Shown in pieces: positions 59,772 to 64,000 of a stretch of 64,000 nt of DNA. The position numbers and the translations under genes are program-made. Origin of the DNA: an uncultured Gammaproteobacteria bacterium. Lineage in GTDB: Bacteria; Patescibacteriota; Microgenomatia; UBA12405. Below the pieces are notes generated by a model. It did not search any database and was not told where the DNA came from. It was given only the letters and a program-made list of their open reading frames with translations. Location of the stretch: the NCBI GenBank assembly GCA_964463925.1, contig CAYXDV010000003.1, positions 19,455 to 83,454 of the forward strand, read 5' to 3'. Every line of letters starts with the position of its first letter. Within the stretch, counting starts at the first letter, position 1.

Positions 59772-60678
59772 AAATAATGGCCAACATCATTGCTCCCCAT
59801 GAAAAAATTGACATAATTAATGGAATATCGGTGGCCAATACTTTCTCTGGACGTTCAGCCTCTTCCATTTCGAATATTATCTGCCCATAACGCATGATGC
59901 CCATGATAATAGGTAAGAGAGTAATCATGTACCATTTGCGGTCTAGCCAATTTGGAAAGTGAATGCGAATCACTTCGTGCAGTAGACCATCAAATATAAC
60001 CTTTTCTTGGATAAAATAAGTAAACAAGGCATAGCTTAAAAGGGTACCCACTCCAAACATAGTGGTATAAAAATTTAGTAGATTAGTGCCATAGCCTGAA
60101 AGAGCAGAGCGCGTGGCTGATCCGCTGTGCAACAACTCACTTCGACGTTTGCCGCTGGCAATAAACAATGATAAAAAAATTACGGTTAACATGATCCAAA
60201 CAGGCAGATGATAACCAGTGGCAACTTCTCCAGCATAAGCACGAATAATAAAAAATAAGGAGATTCCCAGAATATCAAAGATTGCCTTACGTTTAAATAT
60301 TAGAGAATATGAGTATTGGAGAGCAACAAACAAAACACTTACCCAAAAGAAACTGGAATTAATGTAACTTGAGATAACAAGCCCGGCAAATAACAAAAAA
60401 ATGGCAAGAACTAAAGCCTGAGACCTAGTAATTGCACCACGAGCTAAGGGCCTGTTTTTCTTAAATGGATGAAGCTTGTCTTTGGAATAATCCAAAACAT
60501 CATTGACCAAATAAGAGCTGGAAGATAAAAAGCAGAATACAGAAAATGCCAGACCTGACTTCACAAAAATATCAAGCTGTAAAAGTTGCCCTGTGAGCAT
60601 AGCAGAAGCAAAAAGACTGACATTTTTTATCCATTGAGCAGGCCGCAGAGCTTCAAACAGTGCACTAATTGTTTCCAT
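59761..60678 (-). CDS. UbiA-family prenyltransferase resembling decaprenyl-phosphate 5-phosphoribosyltransferase (DPPR synthase)
   Basis: N-terminal LRPAQWIKNVSLF, NDVLDYSKDK (NDxxDxxxD), and a second Asp-rich motif context; 8-9 TM helices. Confidence 0.75.
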   Translation of the reverse strand: METISALFEALRPAQWIKNVSLFASAMLTGQLLQLDIFVKSGLAFSVFCFLSSSSYLVNDVLDYSKDKLHPFKKNRPLARGAITRSQALVLAIFLLFAGLVISSYINSSFFWVSVLFVALQYSYSLIFKRKAIFDILGISLFFIIRAYAGEVATGYHLPVWIMLTVIFLSLFIASGKRRSELLHSGSATRSALSGYGTNLLNFYTTMFGVGTLLSYALFTYFIQEKVIFDGLLHEVIRIHFPNWLDRKWYMITLLPIIMGIMRYGQIIFEMEEAERPEKVLATDIPLIMSIFSWGAMMLAIIYVL

Positions 60679-60689
60679 TCCTTATGGTA

Positions 60690-61976
60690 CTACAGTATGA
60701 GTAGAACTCCTAGGAGGGTAAGTATGCCACCAGTAATAGTAACTCCCCTGAGTGGCAGGTCGAAACCCGTTTTTGGTAATAGAATATGGGTTGGTGTCGG
60801 AGTAGTTGAACAACAGTAACCACTGGAATTATGGCTGGCACATGATTGTTGGAGCTCAGATAGGCCACAACGGGAAGATCCAGAGTCTGTTTTGATACAG
60901 ACCAGACCATCTTTGCAAATTTTATTAGGCTGATCACAACCTATTTGTCCACAAGAAAGGTGAGTGGTTTGGGGAGTGGGAGGCAGCTGACAGCAATAAG
61001 AAGAAGAATTATGGGAAGAGCAATAATCTTTGGCTTCTGAGGTAGCACAGCGATAAACACCAGAGGTAGTTTGTACGCAAGACAAACCATCTCGGCATGC
61101 CATATTTGCCTGATTACAACCAGCCTGACCGCAGGATAAATATGTGGTTTCAGGTATGTAAGTTGGAATAGGTGTAGAAGTTAGTATGGGCGTTGGGGTA
61201 GATGTTGGCATTGGAGTAGATGTGGGAACTGAAGTTGGAATAGGTGTAGCTGTTGGGACTGGGGTAGAGGTAGGAGTCAAAGTTGGCGTTGGGATCCTGG
61301 TTGGTATTGGGGTATTTGGAATACTCGTTGGCGTGGGGGTTGGAGCTGTGATCTTAGTTGGAATTGGAGTGTTTGGAATACTGGTAACACCGGTGCTTGT
61401 ACCGGCACAATTATTGTTAATCACATAATTTTGACTTGAAGCGCCGCATTGGGACTCTGGCTGCCCAGGAGGACAGGCATCAATTTGACCGCAGGTTACA
61501 GATTTTACGCTACTACACGGAACAGGAAGGCCACATTTTGTACATTGGCCATTAACCCAACCACCTTGACTACAGTCACAAACTTTACAATTCCAAGTTG
61601 CTGCATTCGGGTTGGCTACTGGGCTTGAAGGATTATAGGTAGAAGATGGATCTGGCGCTGGAGTAACTTGACCAGAGCCAGTATTGCCGTCATCACAAGT
61701 TTTTAAAGAAGAATTGTAAGTTTTGCCTGGAGGACAAGTAACGCCCTGTGCAGGACAGTTAGTAGCACCACCGTTGATATCAGTTTCTACTCCATTGCAT
61801 CTAACACGATAACAACCACCGTTTGCAGGACAGGCAGCAGCACACTCGCAACCTTCATATTGGGCAAAGTTTCGCAGGTCCTGCTCTTGTCGTAATAAAA
61901 AGACACCGGCAGCAACTGATAGTACTAAAAAAAACAAAGTGAGACCTTGCAAGAGATGTTGTCTTAGATAGTGCAT
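60690..61976 (-). CDS. Secreted Cys-rich, Pro/Thr-rich surface protein with a C-terminal LPKTG sorting-signal-like motif
   Basis: Signal peptide, N-terminal Cys-rich region, a long PT linker (TPIPT repeats), two duplicated roughly 60-aa Cys modules (LSCGQAGCNQANMACRDGLSCVQTTSGVYRC... / LSCGQIGCDQPNKICKDGLVCIKTDSGSSRC...), and a terminal LPKTG followed by a hydrophobic tail. Confidence 0.7.
   Translation of the reverse strand: MHYLRQHLLQGLTLFFLVLSVAAGVFLLRQEQDLRNFAQYEGCECAAACPANGGCYRVRCNGVETDINGGATNCPAQGVTCPPGKTYNSSLKTCDDGNTGSGQVTPAPDPSSTYNPSSPVANPNAATWNCKVCDCSQGGWVNGQCTKCGLPVPCSSVKSVTCGQIDACPPGQPESQCGASSQNYVINNNCAGTSTGVTSIPNTPIPTKITAPTPTPTSIPNTPIPTRIPTPTLTPTSTPVPTATPIPTSVPTSTPMPTSTPTPILTSTPIPTYIPETTYLSCGQAGCNQANMACRDGLSCVQTTSGVYRCATSEAKDYCSSHNSSSYCCQLPPTPQTTHLSCGQIGCDQPNKICKDGLVCIKTDSGSSRCGLSELQQSCASHNSSGYCCSTTPTPTHILLPKTGFDLPLRGVTITGGILTLLGVLLIL
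61180..61420. repeat. Imperfect tandem DNA repeats encoding the Pro/Thr-rich linker (TPIPT/TSIPN units)
   Basis: Repeated GGTATTTGGAATACT / GTGTTTGGAATACT-like units on the plus strand; the artefactual antisense ORF 61186..61428 is made of (GV)n. Confidence 0.5.
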
Positions 61977-62002
61977 TGATGTTTCAGTCTAATAGTTATT
62001 TT

Positions 62003-63247
62003 CTAATGTTGCAAGAATATGCTAGTTCCTGCTAATAAAAGACCAACTAAAATCAGGACTCCTGTTGGCCCCACAAAACCTGTTGTCGGTAATTTTGTAG
62101 GTCTTGGAGTTGGGGTAGAAATAATATTGGTAGGTGTTGCTGTCGGGGCAAGTGTTGGTTCTGGTGTTGGAATAAAAATTGTTGGCACCAATGTTGGAGC
62201 TGAAGTAGCCGATGGAGTACTTATAAAGGCTAGGCCAGAATTCGTGGTATTGACGGTAAAATTTCTGGATAAAGTGTTTGATCCTTGTTGGACTTTTAAC
62301 ACATAAGACCCAATTATCAGCGACTGAGACGGAGCCCAACGCCATGAGCCGGTAGAACTAATTTGAGTACTGGAAGTGCTAGATATAGGGCCACTAAGCG
62401 AGATGGATAGAGTGCTTGAGCTAGGGCCACTGCCAAAAAATTCTGGGATGGTTGGTGGCAAGACTTCCCCCTGGCTTGGATAGGAAATTAGCAATGAGCT
62501 ACTAGCGGATCCTGTTTGGCCTGAACTAAGATTTGATTGTTGTAAATTAAGACCGTTGACGGAAGAATATTTTGGTAATGTAAAGTTGTCTTGACCCAAG
62601 ATAATATCCGGAACTGGTAAATTATTGTCTGTGGTATTGTCTAGATTGAGATCCTGTCCAGTAGAAGTAACTACTTGTATGGATTCAGTACTTTGACTTG
62701 GCGACGGACTGTTTACAAGTGCATTTGGGATATTCCAAGAACCTTGTGTAGTTGTTAGCGCTGATAATAGTTGTGAATTGGGCAAAGTTATATATATTAG
62801 AGTATTGGGAGATGGTGACTGATCTTGGTTAAGTACTTTACCCCAGGCAAAAGAGGCACCTTCGCCAGATGCAATGACTGAATTTGTAGTAGTTATTTGA
62901 GATTGTGTTGCTTGTGTTTGTCCGGAGATGATTAAAGATATTGGATAAGTTTGTCCGCCAGTTAGTCCATTGATCTTAAAATAATGTATTTTAGAGTTGG
63001 TTGATGTATTTAAAAAGGCATTGTTATTAACTTGAAGAGAAATATCGCAATCTTTGTCAGTTGCAAAAGAGACATCGGCAGAATTTGCTGTTATATTTGA
63101 GGTTTTTATTGAATTTGGCAGACATGATGCTGATGCCTGCGTACGTATGTTAGTAGTATAGTGAGAAGTTAGAGCACCACCAAAAAGAGCGGTTATTGAT
63201 AAAAATACTAAACCAAGAATTGTTGGTATTCGAAATTCTTTTTTCAT
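62003..63247 (-). CDS. Secreted surface protein with a C-terminal LPTTG sorting-signal-like motif and a PT-rich stalk
   Basis: Signal peptide (ILGLVFLSITALFGGA); Ser/Thr/Asn-rich beta-type body; ...PTATPTNIISTPTPRPTKLPTTGFVGPTGVLILVGLLLAGTSIFLQH. Confidence 0.65.
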   Translation of the reverse strand: MKKEFRIPTILGLVFLSITALFGGALTSHYTTNIRTQASASCLPNSIKTSNITANSADVSFATDKDCDISLQVNNNAFLNTSTNSKIHYFKINGLTGGQTYPISLIISGQTQATQSQITTTNSVIASGEGASFAWGKVLNQDQSPSPNTLIYITLPNSQLLSALTTTQGSWNIPNALVNSPSPSQSTESIQVVTSTGQDLNLDNTTDNNLPVPDIILGQDNFTLPKYSSVNGLNLQQSNLSSGQTGSASSSLLISYPSQGEVLPPTIPEFFGSGPSSSTLSISLSGPISSTSSTQISSTGSWRWAPSQSLIIGSYVLKVQQGSNTLSRNFTVNTTNSGLAFISTPSATSAPTLVPTIFIPTPEPTLAPTATPTNIISTPTPRPTKLPTTGFVGPTGVLILVGLLLAGTSIFLQH

Positions 63248-63549
63248 GGTGTTAATGTTTGACTAGTGGTAGCATTTGATGCTGGCTGATAAATTAAATC
63301 GCTAGTTTTAAAATGGGTTTGCGATTCTAATTTGTTTAAAAATGATACATCGAGATTTGGGTCATTGATTTTGGTTTTATATGGTTCGAAAATTTTTTCT
63401 TGAGTAGATTTTATGTTGCTGTACGTCTTGTCAACCATTGTAAAAAAGGCAGCAACAAAGGCGCCTATTGCGACTGCTGCCAAATATTTGCTTATGACCA
63501 ATTTATTTGCCATTGTTAGATTTTGAAGGAGTGGATAAATAAAAAACAA
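63244..63549 (-). CDS. Hypothetical small membrane protein (start probably the internal MANKLVISKY...)
   Basis: Single TM AAVAIGAFVAAFFTMV; overlaps the 3' end of the upstream ORF. Confidence 0.35.
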   Translation of the reverse strand: MFFIYPLLQNLTMANKLVISKYLAAVAIGAFVAAFFTMVDKTYSNIKSTQEKIFEPYKTKINDPNLDVSFLNKLESQTHFKTSDLIYQPASNATTSQTLTP

Positions 63550-64000
63550 AAGGTGACATATTAAGAGTTAGATCATTTTTTTGAGTGTCTTTATTAAGTT
63601 GACTAGTTAAGCTTAACTCATCTTGATAGGTTAGTCTTTGTAGATTAGAGATGGAATCTAAAAAGAGCTTAACCTGCTGATAAGCAATGGGTATTTTGAA
63701 ACTCAATTGAACAGATTGTAAATTTTTATCAGATGAAACCAAAGAGGCAGGAGCTGATTCTAGATTGAAGTTTATAGTTTTTGGTTGAGTTAGGTTCTGA
63801 GTTTGTAGTAAGCCACGAAACTGGACACCTGCATCAGTTAATTCTGGAGACTGTGGCAAAACTTGTTCGAGTATTTGGTATTTACTTTGGATTGCAGCGA
63901 AATTTTGTTGAGCTGTAACTATTGTGTTTATCTTTTGTTTTAGTTCTTGTTTTAGTTGCTCTTTGGCCTTGATTTCTGAATATAAAGATCCAATAGTAAC
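63503..64000 (-). CDS. Partial CDS continuing beyond the window end (N-terminus upstream); hypothetical, with a coiled-coil-like N-part
   Basis: Reverse-strand frame is open from 64000 (...VTIGSLYSEIKAKEQLKQELKQKINTIVTAQQNFAAIQSKYQILEQVLPQSPELTDAGVQFRG...). The track's M at 63859 is a TTG inside this frame. Confidence 0.5.
   Translation of the reverse strand, partial: VTIGSLYSEIKAKEQLKQELKQKINTIVTAQQNFAAIQSKYQILEQVLPQSPELTDAGVQFRGLLQTQNLTQPKTINFNLESAPASLVSSDKNLQSVQLSFKIPIAYQQVKLFLDSISNLQRLTYQDELSLTSQLNKDTQKNDLTLNMSPFVFYLSTPSKSNNGK

Noticed and set aside
61186-62345. Plus-strand ORFs 61186..61428 ((GV)n protein), 62019..62306 and minus 62022..62345
   Set aside because: Antisense or out-of-frame artefacts of the PT-repeat and Ser/Thr-rich coding regions.
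1-64000. CRISPR arrays, rRNA genes, transposases/integrases, prophage modules
   Set aside because: No direct-repeat/spacer periodicity, no rRNA-like conserved stretches, and no DDE/tyrosine-recombinase-like ORFs were seen. The only repeats are coding PT-linker repeats.

Overview
AT-rich bacterial window of roughly 35-40% GC in which almost every gene lies on the minus strand. It reads as a long housekeeping array with several accessory insertions. The core runs from partial rmuC upstream, through the hrcA-grpE-dnaK-dnaJ heat-shock operon (a CIRCE-like operator overlaps the hrcA promoter), a NUDIX gene, nusA-infB, rpsO-pnp, a Lon-like AAA+ protein lacking a protease domain, rnj, proS, ftsK, a rodZ-like gene, a short alaS, ruvX, mltG, and finally rpoB-rpoC-rpsL-rpsG. 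The right half carries gatCAB plus a FemAB-family gene, two UvrD-family helicases (one with a C-terminal RecB-like nuclease), and a cell-envelope glycosylation locus. That locus encodes a UbiA/DPPRS-like prenyltransferase, a PAP2 phosphatase, a GT4 enzyme, an FkbM methyltransferase, two PMT-like GT-C enzymes and a DUF2298-like membrane protein. Directly beside it sit two secreted Pro/Thr-rich proteins that end in LPxTG-like sorting signals. A sortase gene and a PilM-like transmembrane protein are inserted into the alaS-ruvX-mltG cluster. Minimal gene versions (AlaRS, IF2, a MiaB-like protein without TRAM), the absence of Shine-Dalgarno motifs and several apparently leaderless promoters suggest a reduced-genome, Patescibacteria/CPR-like bacterium, but that is inference only. 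No CRISPR array, rRNA, tRNA, transposase or integrase could be supported from the sequence. The most unusual elements are (i) a compositionally atypical two-gene cassette of unknown function between NUDIX and nusA (34639-36117), (ii) a small Gly/Cys-rich protein with a GC-rich, structured 200-nt upstream region (22415-23048), (iii) the Lon AAA+-only protein with an 87-aa partner coupled to pnp, and (iv) the glycosylation locus sitting next to its likely sortase-anchored substrates. Hand-derived coordinates of small motifs may be off by 1-2 nt.
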